Of a DNA stretch of 64,000 nucleotides, positions 39,326 to 52,690 are shown piece by piece (positions within the stretch are counted from its first letter, which is position 1; each line of letters begins with the position of its first letter). The stretch comes from Octopus bimaculoides (lineage: Eukaryota). The position numbers were made by a program, and so were the translations under genes. The notes beneath the pieces are model-generated. The model was not told where the DNA came from, did no database searches, and saw nothing but the letters and a program-made list of their open reading frames with translations. The stretch covers positions 81,097,635 through 81,161,634 of the forward strand of contig NC_068987.1 in NCBI RefSeq assembly GCF_001194135.2, given 5' to 3'.

Positions 39326-41379
39326 ACATGCTATTCTTTTAAAAATGGGAGGTCACACTGGATTGTCCAAGGTCATAACTGAAATTTCTTTTATCATAAA
39401 TCTACTCAATCAGGTCAAACTTGCTGTAAATAACAAACTAATGGCTATATCTTTCCTTCTCTTAGAAGTGGCACGGATACCTTTTAATCATGGATATCTC
39501 AGATCATCTGTTTTTAATAAGGCACTTGAGCTTTTATTATTTATTTCATAAATCACGTTTATCTCATCGTTTTTAGATGCATTCTAAATTTTGTAGCTTT
39601 ACTACTGGTTTAATTTTTTTCAGTCTGCTACACTTCAAATAATTTTAGCATTAAAAAGTATATAAAATTTTTATATGAAAATAAATTCTTTAACATCATA
39701 CAGAGATGCATTTTCTCAATAAATTCTTTTTAATAATTTACTTTTAAATTTCTAATAAATGTCCAATATTAGAGATATGCCCGTTTATTTGAGTATAAAA
39801 AATTTTCATATTAAAATCATGACTGAAATTGTTTTTGTTATTTTTCATCAGTGTTTCTTAAAATGATAATATAAAAAACCTTAAATAAACAAAAGTTGCA
39901 CTTATATTTAAATGATTATAATTAACTGCTTTCTTAATAATTTGAAGTTTTGAGAAATGAATTTATATTTCATTATGAGTTTTAAATAAATGGAAAATTT
40001 GTTGCAGATTTGTTGAACCATAGGTGGCATCAAAATTTTGATGTTATATATGGTTCAAGAAACCTAGATCTAATTTAATACATATGATTAAAGATTTACA
40101 TCTAATTAAAAAAATATTAACTAGACTCAGCCACTGAATTTTAGATTGTATATTTTATATATTTTTATATTGGTGAAAAATTTTATGCAACATGCATATT
40201 TTTAATATATTCTTTTATATAAGGAATAAATTTCTATCAATTGAAATACTAAATTAAAAAGGACAAATTTCCATAAGTAACATATTCTTATATTTTTTAT
40301 TTGACAATTTGCATTTTGTTATTTTTCTCATGGAAAATATCAGATATTACTTTAATGCTGTTAAAGGCAACAACAATTTCCTATTATGAATCACCACTTG
40401 TTATGTTCTTTGCAGTTTCAATTACTTGGAAAATCAATAAATGACATCGAATCAAAATTAGTTATCTTGAAAGGTTTCAAATAAAAAGATTACTTTGAAA
40501 GATCCCCACTGTGAATTTGTCACATAATTTACATGACAAATGATTGCAGTGAAAGAAAAACCTTAATGAAAAGATAATTTCAATACTGAATAAATATGCT
40601 AACAAATCTGTCTTCAAATCAAGATTAGTAAGATTAATCATTTTAGTGATATAGAATCATGAAACATTTATTTCTGCATAAAACTTTTTCTAAAATATAA
40701 TTATGATATCATATATTTTGAACTAACTATATTACAATGTGTATTGTTCTGCATATACATTTCATTTTAATATGTCTAAATATTAATTTATGATAAAATA
40801 GTGTTTATTATATGCAGGGAAATATTTCTAGCTACAGTATCTAAATAGAATATATAAAGTGGGTTATTAATATTTTAAGCAATCAAACTTTTGTTAAAGA
40901 CAGCAATTTGAAAAACATTATTTTTCATCAAGGTCAAAGAAATGTAATTATCCTGTGTATTCTATTAGGTCCTAACAAAATATTAATTTCTTACTAAGGC
41001 ATGAGACATGAAGCCTACTTTTTTTGGAGCCAACCAATTAAAATTTTCCAAGTATATTTTATTAACTTTGAAAAGATCAAAAGTTAACATGGGTAGAATT
41101 TGATGTACAGAGACAAAAATATATTGTTTTGTTTAACTCATTACATTTGCTTAGAAACAAAAGTAGCAGGAATTGATCAAGATATGATTTCTTGAAAAAG
41201 GTTACCTCACACTTTTATGGACCCAAATAATAACTACAAGTCAATTCTTTCCATATGCTTGTGTTTTTATATAGGATAGGAAATTAAAATCAGTGTTAAA
41301 AAAATTATATTCATGTACAAGGTTACCAAATATATTGACAAACCTTTTAATGTAATTTAAAGCTTTGCTTCAAATGATA

Positions 41380-41595
41380 GATTAAAGAAAACTGACAGAA
41401 ATCTTAGCACACTGGGCAAAATGCTTAATGGCATTTCATTTGTCTTCATGTTGTGAGTTCAAATTCCACCAAAGTCAATTTTGCCTTTCATCATTTTGAG
41501 GTCAATAAAATAAGTATCAGCTAAACACTGGGGTCAATGTAATCAACTCACTCTCTTCCCCCCAAATTGTTGGCCTTGTACTTATAATAAAGGAT
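41380..41595 (+). mobile_element. SINE family B (old copy)
   Basis: homologous to 7138-7327. Confidence 0.75.
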
Positions 41596-41685
41596 TAAAA
41601 CTTTTCATATGAGACATATTTTCCTTTCTTTTTTTATATGTCTGGCTGTATAATTATAACCATGATTTACATAATATTTGGTAGA

Positions 41686-41901
41686 GGCGCAATGGCCCAA
41701 TGGTTAGGGCAGCGGACTCGCGGTCATAGAATCGCGGTTTCGATTCCCAGACCGGGCGTTGTGAGTGTTTATTGAGCAAAAACACCTAAAGCTCCATGAG
41801 GCTCCGGCAGGGGATAGTGGCGAACCCTGCTGTACTCTTTCACCACAACTTTCTCTCACTGTTTCTGTTGTGCCTGTAATTCAAAGGGCCAGCCTTGTCA
41901 C
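41686..41901 (+). mobile_element. tRNA(Arg)-derived SINE family A, young, truncated by gap
   Basis: A-box TGGCCCAATGG, B-box GGTTTCGATTCC; head aligns to tRNA-Arg (TGGCCTAATGGATAAGGCG..GGTTCGAGTCC); body matches the copy starting at 47210. Confidence 0.88.
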
Positions 41902-42547
41902 NNNNNNNNNNNNNNNNNNNNNNNNNNNNNNNNNNNNNNNNNNNNNNNNNNNNNNNNNNNNNNNNNNNNNNNNNNNNNNNNNNNNNNNNNNNNNNNNNNN
42001 NNNNNNNNNNNNNNNNNNNNNNNNNNNNNNNNNNNNNNNNNNNNNNNNNNNNNNNNNNNNNNNNNNNNNNNNNNNNNNNNNNNNNNNNNNNNNNNNNNNN
42101 NNNNNNNNNNNNNNNNNNNNNNNNNNNNNNNNNNNNNNNNNNNNNNNNNNNNNNNNNNNNNNNNNNNNNNNNNNNNNNNNNNNNNNNNNNNNNNNNNNNN
42201 NNNNNNNNNNNNNNNNNNNNNNNNNNNNNNNNNNNNNNNNNNNNNNNNNNNNNNNNNNNNNNNNNNNNNNNNNNNNNNNNNNNNNNNNNNNNNNNNNNNN
42301 NNNNNNNNNNNNNNNNNNNNNNNNNNNNNNNNNNNNNNNNNNNNNNNNNNNNNNNNNNNNNNNNNNNNNNNNNNNNNNNNNNNNNNNNNNNNNNNNNNNN
42401 NNNNNNNNNNNNNNNNNNNNNNNNNNNNNNNNNNNNNNNNNNNNNNNNNNNNNNNNNNNNNNNNNNNNNNNNNNNNNNNNNNNNNNNNNNNNNNNNNNNN
42501 NNNNNNNNNNNNNNNNNNNNNNNNNNNNNNNNNNNNNNNNNNNNNNN
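41902..42547. other. assembly gap
   Basis: run of N. Confidence 1.
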
Positions 42548-44659
42548 ATATACACATATGTATATATATATGTACATATATCTATCTATCTATGAAACAC
42601 CCAACTTATTATTTTGAATTGAAGAATATTTCATATTTTGCTGAAACTGGTTTACCAAATCTCTCATATTTTATTGATTTTCAATGTATTCTTTTCCAAG
42701 AATAGTATGTTTTATTAGACACAGTAAGTATGGTAGCTTGTAATAATTGCTGTAATCAAATAGCAGAGTATAGAATAATTTTATTCTTCTTTTAGTTGTC
42801 ATTGACAATTTCATTTTTTATTTTTAATAAATTTAATAGTTGCATAGCCAATTATAAGTTTCCTTGCATATAGTTAACTTTTGGTATATACTCTTCATGA
42901 AGAGATGGATAAATCTACAGGATATTACGTTTTATTGCATACATATGCTACAAAAGCTAATAAGGCTAATAACCCATTGATGGATATAGCTATTTAGGAA
43001 GTTGATTCTTTATTTAATTTTTCCTCATATAAAAGAATAATAATTGATTAATTTAATTATTCTATGTATACTCTTCACCAGAAGCTGATGTTTACTGCTT
43101 AGAACAAAATGGATTAAAAATTGTAGCCCTTTGTTAGCAAATATATTTTATGCAATAATGAGAAAGTAACTTTGATTTGACTAATTAAATGAGATTTTAG
43201 AGAGATTATATAAGCTATAATAATAAGGAATGGTTTGAAATAAATCCAAGGCTGTTCAATGGTGTGTTCATAAAAAAAAAAATAAATAAATGATAGAAGA
43301 GAACAAAAACAGGTCATTTTTATTGCAGTGATAAATAATGAATTCGGTGATATTAGGTGATGGTGAATGTTGTAAAAATAAAAAAAAAAGAAATGGATAA
43401 TGTCGAATTATTTATTAAATACTGATCTAAAAGAAATATTGAGCAAAGCACTTCTCTTTTATGGTTAATCGAAATTCTCTTTTATGGTTATTCGAAATTT
43501 ACTTTAATGCTTTTTCAACATTTTCAACATCTCAAAGCTGGAAAGACGCTATTATTTTGATCTGGTTCGCAAATGAAATATTATTATGAGAAATTATAAA
43601 AATATACGCAGACAGTATAAAATATTAATTCTTTAATTAATTTCTTTTTTGGCAAGTAGGTATTATTCATTTTTACTACTCATGATAGTTATATTTCTCA
43701 ACTAACTGAAATATTTGGAGAAATTATTTCCAGAATATGGATACCTTAAGTAGTGTTACAAATTTAACTAAAATATAAAATATTACTAATGGCTATAAAA
43801 ATGAAAAAGGAAAAGAAAGGGAATTTATAACATGCATATATTTTCTTAATTCTTTAGTGCAGATTAAGACTTGGGTATCTGATGTTGATGGTTGAATGAA
43901 TTTATGACAAGGCAAAATGTTAACAAGGTTGCCATTTTGAACAACTCTGAATATCCAAAGTTTATGTAGGAGTTGTTAAGTTTGTGAAAAGTTTGAAGGC
44001 ACATATATTTTGAACATGAAGAGCTGTCCAAAATTACTGTATAACATTATTATATACAAGATAATTTTACTTCACACCAATATATCCCTGTTCAAAAGGT
44101 TTATAATGCTAGTGAAATATTCCGTTTAAAATTTTAAGGTTAAAAATTTGTTATATCATTAACATTTGAATAGTAAAAATTTCAAACCTGATGTAAATGC
44201 CACTGGTTTAGTAGACAAGTTATAATCTTCATGGTTCCTTACATTATATTACTAGACATCACATGTTATATTTTTGTATGCAAGCAATTATCATCTTCAT
44301 TATCACTTTTACATGTAATTTTCTATACTTTCATGGGTCTTCTCTAGCACAGTGGTCCTTTTAAAATCTTTCGTGAGGTTCAGCTTCTCTTCTGGCATTC
44401 TATTCTGTAAGTTCCTTCCATTTGGATCTCATTGCACTTTTTTGCCTGACAGTGTTCCTCCATAAACATCACATATCAGTATCAGTGCAGTATCTGAAGC
44501 TTTTTACACTCAGTTTTTCTCTCAGCCCATTTGGTCATTCAGGAAAGTGTAATACCCAGTGAATGGTGTACCAGCATAATTGTTAGCTGCTACAAGGGTA
44601 AGGGTGATGCTTTAGATAGAAGCAGTTATAGAGGCATCAAACTCCTGGACCAGGTGATG

Positions 44660-45545
44660 AAAATTACATTATTGCCCAATTAATTAGGAGCGGAATTAGG
44701 CTAGATGAAAAGCAGTTTGGCTCCATCCAGTGAAGAAATACTACTAACACTATTTTCATAGTCAAGCAACTACAAGAGAAGTACTTAGTTGAGAATAAAC
44801 CATTATACTTGGCATTCATTGATCTAGAGAAAGTCTTCGATGAAGTGCCCCACTGTGTAATATGGTCAGCTCTGAGGAGGCTAGAGAGAGATGAGTGGCT
44901 GGTGAAAGCTGTACAGGCCATGTACAAAGATGCTGTTGGTAAGGTGAGAGTTAACCATGAGTACAGCAAAGAATTTGGGTTTATCAAGTGCAGAGAGAAG
45001 ACTGCACTAATTTGGTCATGTGATGTGGATGGATGCTGACAGCTTCATAAAAGAGAGCTGATCTCTCAAAGTAAATGGAGCATATGAAAGTGGGAGACCC
45101 AGGAAGACATGGGATGAAGTACTGGAGAACGACATCAGAACACTGAACCTTTCAGGCAAGATGACAAAGGACTGAGATGCCTGGTGCTTTGCTTTACTCA
45201 AGAAGACACCGTACTCCACTGTAGAAGTGTTAGACCTCTGGTTGTGAAAAGCACTTGTGGCAGTGTCTCATAAAAATGCCTATGATGTGCCACATAAAAG
45301 CTCCCATACAGTGCCATGTAAAAGTGACTGTTTGGTATCATGTAGAAGCGCTTGTGTAGTGCCACATAAAAGCACCCAGCACACTCTGTAAAGGGGTTGG
45401 CATTAAAAAGGTCATCCAGCTGTAGAGACCATGCCAAATCAGACTTGAGCCTGGTGTAGCTCCCCAGCTTGCCAGCCTGGTCAAACCATCCAACCCATGC
45501 CAGCATGGACAACAAACAATAGATGATGACGATGATGATGATGTA
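44660..45545 (+). mobile_element. RTE LINE copy with large internal deletions
   Basis: KQLQEKYLVENKPLYLAFIDLEKVFDEVPHCVIWSALRRL, then jumps to RPRKTWDEV and the family tail with (GAT)n. Confidence 0.88.
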
Positions 45546-45859
45546 TAAAAATAATAGCATATTGAGAAAGGTTGGTTTTTCTAAAATCTTTAATAAACTG
45601 TTTTGTTATTTAGAAAATAGGTTCTTAAATAATTATATGGTGCACTATTTTGAAATGTTAGAACTAATAATAGCTTTCAATATATTTTTCATTGTTAGAT
45701 TTTTTGTTACAGTTTTATGACCTGGTCCATGACACTGAAAACTGAAAAAGTAATGATCTTTTTTTTAAACTACTAATTTAAAGCATTAAAACTAAATTGT
45801 TTTTGAAAACAATAAAAAAATATTAATTTCATTAAAATATTAACTGGCACTTCATCAAT

Positions 45860-46140
45860 TACAACGATACAGGTTCCAGTTGACTCAATCAACAGAACAA
45901 CCTGCTTGTGAAATTAATTTGCAAGTGGCTGAGCACTCCACAGACACATGTACCCTCAATGTAGTTCTCAGAGAGATTCAGTGTGACACTGAATGTGACA
46001 AGGCTGGTCTTTTGAAATACAGGTACTTCCCATTTTTGCCTGCTGAGGGGACTGGAGCGACACAAAATAAAGGGACTTGCTCAAAGACCCAACATCCCAT
46101 CAGGTGAACCAAATACCCTAACCACTAAGCTACACACCTT
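45860..46140 (-). mobile_element. tRNA-derived SINE sharing its 3' half with family A
   Basis: minus-strand head GGTGTGTAGCTTAGTGGTTAGGG; 3' part CCTTGTCACA..GAGAACTACATT..GTGTCTGTGGAGTG..AGCCACTTGCA..CAACTGGA matches about 47375-47520. Confidence 0.8.
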
Positions 46141-46900
46141 CACAAACTAAAATACGAAAACAATGTATTGAGTCAACAAGGGAGCCTTGATATGATGGCT
46201 TGATCTGCTAGACATAGCAGCCAATCTCTTTCAAATCACACACCTTAAAAAGGAAACATTAGATTGAGTAAATTTGAAAAACAGTTTTGTTTGATCAAAC
46301 TTGACTTAAACTACAACAATGTGTAATGTAAACTTAGTCTCATTTTACCAAAGCAATAAAATATACCTAAATATAATAAAACTTTAAAACAAAGCCAATT
46401 TATATTTTTACTCAATTGCTAACCCATACTACTATTAATGAAAATTCTAGAATTGTATTTTTGAGGTTATTTACACCTAACATTTGAATAATAAGGTTAT
46501 TTGAGATAGAAATAAACAAAAACTGTCAAATAAATCTGAGATTCAGATATTTTCTGTTTGGTTGGACATTTTTGGTAGCAATAAATTGAAATATTCACTT
46601 CAGCTAAACAAGAAATCAATGCTTGTATAAGACAAATTTTGATAACTTATTCTTTACCAGTCCTTGTATAATTTTTAAAAATAGCAGCAGATAAGTATAG
46701 ATATATGTTATAATAATAACTTAAAGTTTAACTTTTAAAAATATGCTAAAGTGTTTTCCTTTTCTTTTTCAGAATATTCCTTTATATTTTTGATATTTTG
46801 TATAAAAATATAAAATTTAAACCTAATGATTTCTCTACCATAAACAGTGAGATTCTTCAAATGTCTTTTAAATAATACATACATACATGAACTCCCACCT

Positions 46901-46902
<2 letters not shown>

Positions 46903-46963
<61 letters not shown>
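46903..46963. repeat. (GT)n microsatellite abutting gap
   Basis: perfect GT run. Confidence 0.95.
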
Positions 46964-47209
46964 NNNNNNNNNNNNNNNNNNNNNNNNNNNNNNNNNNNNN
47001 NNNNNNNNNNNNNNNNNNNNNNNNNNNNNNNNNNNNNNNNNNNNNNNNNNNNNNNNNNNNNNNNNNNNNNNNNNNNNNNNNNNNNNNNNNNNNNNNNNNN
47101 NNNNNNNNNNNNNNNNNNNNNNNNNNNNNNNNNNNNNNNNNNNNNNNNNNNNNNNNNNNNNNNNNNNNNNNNNNNNNNNNNNNNNNNNNNNNNNNNNNNN
47201 NNNNNNNNN
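46964..47209. other. assembly gap
   Basis: run of N. Confidence 1.
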
Positions 47210-47545
47210 GCGGTTTCGATTCCCAGACTGGGCATTGTGAATGTTTATTGAGCGAAAACACCTCAAAGCTCTACGAGGCTCCGGCAGGATGGTGGCGAAC
47301 CCTGCTGTACTCTTCCACCACAATTTTCTCTCACTCTTACTTCCTGTTTTTGTTGTGCCTGCAATTCAAAGGGTCAGCCTTGTCACACTGTGTCACGCTG
47401 AATATCCCCGAGAACTACATTAAGGGTACACGTGTCTGTGGAGTGCGCAGCCACTTGCATGTTAATTTCACGAGCAGGCTGTTCCGTTGATCGGATCAAC
47501 TGGAGCCCTCGACGTCGTAAGCGACGGAGTGCCAACAACAACAAC
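47210..47545 (+). mobile_element. SINE family A (B-box to (AAC)n tail)
   Basis: GCGGTTTCGATTCCCAGAC..; CpG-rich; ends GCCAACAACAACAAC. Confidence 0.88.
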
Positions 47546-48989
47546 CTTTATTGTATGAGCTCAGTTCTCACCAGCATGGTCTTAAATTATCATCATTAAT
47601 CCTATAGAATTCAGATTCCTTTGTCAAATATAATGCTTATTTACTCACATTGTTCTCAATTAATCATGCATTGTCTCATAGTTTTGATATTTAAATCAGG
47701 TGATTGTTCATTTTTAGAATGATATTGTAGGGCAGGTGTGAAAGGCCAGATCTGGCCACTTAGAACATACAACATGTAGAATAATTGACCTATAATTGAA
47801 CATCAGTAGTGTTTAATTATTCTCTTATTTTATGTCTTACAAAAGTAAGGCTTGAGTCTTGTCTTATATTCATGCAAACAAAACTTCTTTTTTATATTTG
47901 CATGTAATCAGGAATTTGCTCAGTGCATACTTTCTTTGTCTGAATAAACTCTTAATAATTTTATCAAATGATAATTTTGTGAGGAACAAATGTCACCAAA
48001 GATAGAGTAATAGAAAACCTGAATGAACTAAAGCAGCTTGTGGAAATTGTGGATATTTTAGTGGAAACTGAATCGGGAAAGCAATTTAAGCTAAGTTTTC
48101 TGTGTCAGTGAACATTGGTAATCATTGAGTTACTAAGAATTTTGTACAATATTTATTAAGTAAGGTGATTGTATAATTGAAGTATTTAGGATCATTAAAC
48201 GATGACTATTATGCACTATGATAGTTATAATAATCTTTATATAGTTTTTTCAAGTACAATAAATTGACCAACAAGAGGACCTGTCTCACAAGGTCCTTTT
48301 ATGAATCATTTCAAAGATAAATGACAATAACATCATTATATGGATAGGTTAATGGTTATATTGAGAAATATCAATATGGATACACTGATGTGCATGATTC
48401 AGACCATAGATTAGAAATGGAGAGTAAACTAGGTTTATAGATGTCTTTAATATGAAGAGTTTTACCATATGACAGCTATACTGAGCTCACTAACTAGTAA
48501 TTCTCTGGTCATTTGCACCAGGTAGGAAAATAGACTATCCTGACTATGAAACAACACAGATGCTTGTTTGTATGAAAGTTAAAATTAGTGAAGACCATGT
48601 TCTGTCAGATAGAGGTTATAAAAGGACTCAGTGATAAGAAAGAAGGAAAGTGATAGGATTTTAATTTGTGGGAATGAATGGAAGCTTTTGTGAGGATGAG
48701 TTTCAGTTGGTATTCAATGTAGACATGAGAACATCTCTACCTTAAACTTTCAATGGGAAGAACAACTTTGCATTTGATAGAATTCTATAATCTAAGATTT
48801 ATTGAACAATGAGTAAGCTAGGTGTAGACCTAAGCCTAGTTTACTCTCCAAGAGTTGCTCAGACCATATGAAGGTGTAAGATATTTGATATCTTTTCACA
48901 ATTGATATTAATTCAATGATTTAGTTTATTAGTAGACAATCCCCCTGAACTCTGTTTTCAGCTGTCTTCTGTTTATTCTAACTTGAAAA

Positions 48990-49160
48990 CACTAGTGTAG
49001 CTAGAGGGGGTGCAGAGGGGGGCGTCTGCCTCAGGCAGCACTTTTATATAGGTGGCACTACTTTTAGGTCTGCTGTAGGAAATATGTAGTTTTTGTGGGG
49101 ATCCAGGGGTGGCAAACTAAAGGATCACCCTGAGCAGCACATACTCTTACTACCCTAGTG
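48990..49160. mobile_element. hAT-type MITE with perfect 8-bp TSD
   Basis: CTTGAAAA at 48982-48989 and 49161-49168; imperfect TIRs CACTAGTGTAGCTAGAG / reverse complement CACTAGGGTAGTAAGAG. Confidence 0.88.
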
Positions 49161-50200
49161 CTTGAAAACAACAATAGCAGTGTTTGTTCTGTGTGACATC
49201 TTATTCTCAGCTAATAAACTACAAGAATTTAGAATCTTGAAAGAATATACCAAAGTCAAAAGGTTTCATATTTACATGCCATATATAAAGGAAGCAGCTG
49301 AATGAGAAGCACTTCAGCATCATTTAGGAAATGGTTATTCTGAGAAAGTAGGAAAGGAGTAACTAGAAATACAATACTGAAACTCGACACAAATAGAAGG
49401 CACCTGTAAGATGAGGTGGAACCTTCAACCTAATGTCAGAAATATTAGCCTTACAGGAGTAGTTAACAACCACAGCAGTTACAAAATGAAAACTATAACC
49501 TGATCAGAGGTGTTGCTGTAAATAGTTGATTAGTTGTACACACATTTTGTGCTGAAAGTTATTTTAGTGAAAGAATAGCAGCTAGGATAAGGATAGTGTA
49601 AAGGAAGTTCAAAGAACTTTTATTTTTGTTGAGGACAAATAATTTCTCTCATTGAGCAAAAAAGAGATTTTATGAGACATATCTAAGAAGTATCACATTT
49701 TATATCACCGAAATATGCGTCATAAAAGAACAAAGTCTCCAGTATTTGGAATGGAGTATGATTTGTTAAAGAACCATTAATTTGCTGGAAAGGTTGATGT
49801 AAGGGATATAAAAAATATGGGAAATGTGTGCTGGGCACTGGGAAATGTGTATAGGAGAGTAGTTTACACTAGTATCTCTATGTAAATATATGTTATAATT
49901 AAAAAGGAAAGTATTTTGAGTTCATAGATTTAGATGAAGCAAGACTTGCAAGATCGTATTAGATTAGAAGCTTGTGGCCTTAAAATTGCTTCAAAATTGA
50001 GATCAATAGAAATATGTTTATTGTACAGTTTCATGCTCATATGGACATGGAAAAGAAGTGAAGAATTAGTATAACAATGACAATATTGAAAAATGTATTG
50101 TGTCTTCACATGATGAGTAAAATTTAGAAGAAATCTTGAATGGAAGTGATTGTATGAATTTGCTCATAAAGATTTTCTCTAATTGTCAGCAATATATTTA

Positions 50201-51312
50201 TGAGGTGGTATCAAAAAGTTCCTGAACTACTTCTGTAGAGCACCAACTGATGGCAGCACATGGTTGCATGTGCAGTGAGAACTAGTAGTGATCTTCGTGA
50301 GGCAGTGTGCCACGTGACATTGCTGTGTTTACTTTGCAAGTTGTGAAATTTGTGTTTTGTGATCACATGTATGCTGTAGTCTGTGATTTTGTTGTAACAA
50401 AGAAATTTTGCATTAAACTTGGGAAGCCTGCTACAAAGACATTGAGCATGCTTCACCAAGTTTATAGCGATGTGACAATGGGTTGTACATAATGTTTTGA
50501 GTGACATGGGTGCTTCAAAAGTGGGAAAACATCTCTGGAAGACTTGTCACGAGCCTCACCCCCAGAAATGCCTGCTGACCTCTGTACAGAAAGAACATCG
50601 CATTGAAGTCTGTCAAGATCTCCATCAGAATGCTGCTGGTGATGCATCCTTCATGTTGAGGATCATCACTGGTGATGAGAGTTGGGTCTACAGGTATGAC
50701 CCTGAGACAAAGCAGTAGTCATCACAATGGAAGAGCTCTTCATCTCCATGACTGAAGAAGGCACAACAGAGCTGCAGCTCAATCGAGAGCATGCTGATCG
50801 TTTTTCCACCACCCACAGTATTATGCATTGAGAATCCATCCCCTATGGCCAGACTGACAATCAAGAGTTCTACTGTGATGTTTTGAAGCATTTGAGAAAG
50901 GACATTCGGTGAAAGTGACCAGATCTGTGAAGCATGAAAATTCTTCATGCACCCTGTCATCAAGCTCTCCTCACTTGTGAGTTTCATACCAAAAAAACAA
51001 CATGGTATCACTTCCTCACCCACCCTCTTTGCCAGATTTAGCACCTGCGGACTTTCCTCTCTTCCCCAAGGAGAAAATGCAGCTCAAAGACTGCCATTTT
51101 AATGCCGTTGTCAAGATCAAGAGCAAATCACAGGTCTTTGACTCACTTATGGTAAACAATTTTCAGGCTGGATTCCAAAAGTGGCAGGAAGGTTGGGACC
51201 GGTGTATTGCTGCACAAGGTGACTATTTCAAATGAGATGATGTTAAAACTAAGGTAAATAAGTTATTTTTTATTAAACATAACTAGTCCAGGAACTTTTT
51301 GATATCACCTTG
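50201..51312 (+). mobile_element. mariner with both TIRs and TA TSD; dead transposase
   Basis: TA|TGAGGTGGTATCAAAAAGTTCCTGAACTA ... TAGTCCAGGAACTTTTTGATATCACCTTG|TA; IITGDESWVYRYDPETKQ and LPHPPSLPDLAPADFPLFPK; frameshifts. Confidence 0.95.
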
Positions 51313-52284
51313 TAAGGAGTGTGAGTTATGACAAAACCTAACTCTGATCTTTGTATCTTTCAGGCTCCAATCTGATCAATGCAATTTTGATATCCTTGGA
51401 AGTTCTGAATTCTCTCCAAATATCTTCTCTTTAAGGATCTTTCAATATAATAATCTTATTAATGGCTTATTACTTTTTCATATCCTTCATATTCAATACT
51501 CTGTCTACCTCTAATGTCAGATCAGTATGTATGTCCACTCAGTACTCAACTTCACATCTAATATGACATGCTGTCTTTCAGCTTGAAGACTATTTCCCTG
51601 AAATACTTCTTTGCCACCTAACTCTTCATTCTCTATTAAATATAACAACTTCACCTATGCCCCGCTCTTGTAAGAACCTAGACAAACTGTAAACATTGAC
51701 TCTTCTTTTGTGAAAAGATGGTGTAAATCTCCATCAGTATCAAATGAATTTATAAGGTTATAACTTTATAATATATTGGAAATTAGAACTACAAAAACAG
51801 ACAAGATTGTTAAAAATACAGCAAGTCTAAACATCATTATGATTCAGTAAATGCGATATTAATGTACTACTTAATGATATTATGAAGTGCTTCTGGTATT
51901 GATATATTACACCTTATGTTTACAATTATGTGAATTAATTTCACCTTTGGCTTTGTTCTTCAATCTGTCTGATGTTATGATTTTAAGCATCTTGTGTATC
52001 TTTACAATGTCTGCCTAATGTTTGTTGGATACATGTGTATGTAGTAAAAAAAAATAAAAACAAAAAACTTCAGCTTATCACTTGAAACAGAATGTTTTGT
52101 TAGGACAGTTGAAACAGTCAGATAGATAGGAATTACACTTTTTGTATTGTTATATAGTCATAAGAGAATATTTTATCTGTATATTTAACTAAACTGTTTC
52201 TTTTGCATAGGAGATAATTATAGGTATCTCTGCAAATACAAATTGGTAGAATTTTGGAAAATGTCAAATTTTTAAGCTTCTCTG

Positions 52285-52690
52285 TAGTAACATGATAGGG
52301 ATCATGATTGTGTGGTTTAGAAGCTCACTTTGTAACCACATGGTTTCTGGTTCAGTCTCAGTGAGCAGTACTTTGGGCAAGCATCCTCTACTCTAGCCCT
52401 GGGCTACTGAATGCTTTCTGAGTAAATCTGGTAAACAAACTGTAGAAGCCTGTTGCATGCGTGTATGTGTGTCTTTGTGTCTGTGTTTGTCCCCCCTCCC
52501 CACCATTTGACAACCTGTGTTGGTTTGTTTACATCCCTGTAACTTAGTGGTTCAGTTGGAAAAATTAAAGGAATAAGTACTATACTTAAAAAAATAAGTA
52601 CTTGAATCAATTTGTTTGACTATATCCTTCAAAGCGGTGTCCTGGCAATGGCTGCAGTCACGTGACTAAAACAAGGGAAAGATAAGATAT
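52285..52690 (+). mobile_element. SINE family C
   Basis: Pol III-like head, GGGCAAGCATCCTCTACT.., (GT)-rich middle, 3' ATAAGTAC..GTCACGTGACTAAAACAAG; homologous to 26020-26250. Confidence 0.7.

Noticed and set aside
41686-41760. tRNA-Arg gene
   Set aside because: Acceptor and anticodon stems do not pair properly, there is no oligo-T terminator, and it continues into a SINE body repeated at 47210.
43452-43498. 23-bp tandem duplication TTCTCTTTTATGGTTA(A/T)TCGAAA
   Set aside because: Two copies only; ordinary slippage duplication.
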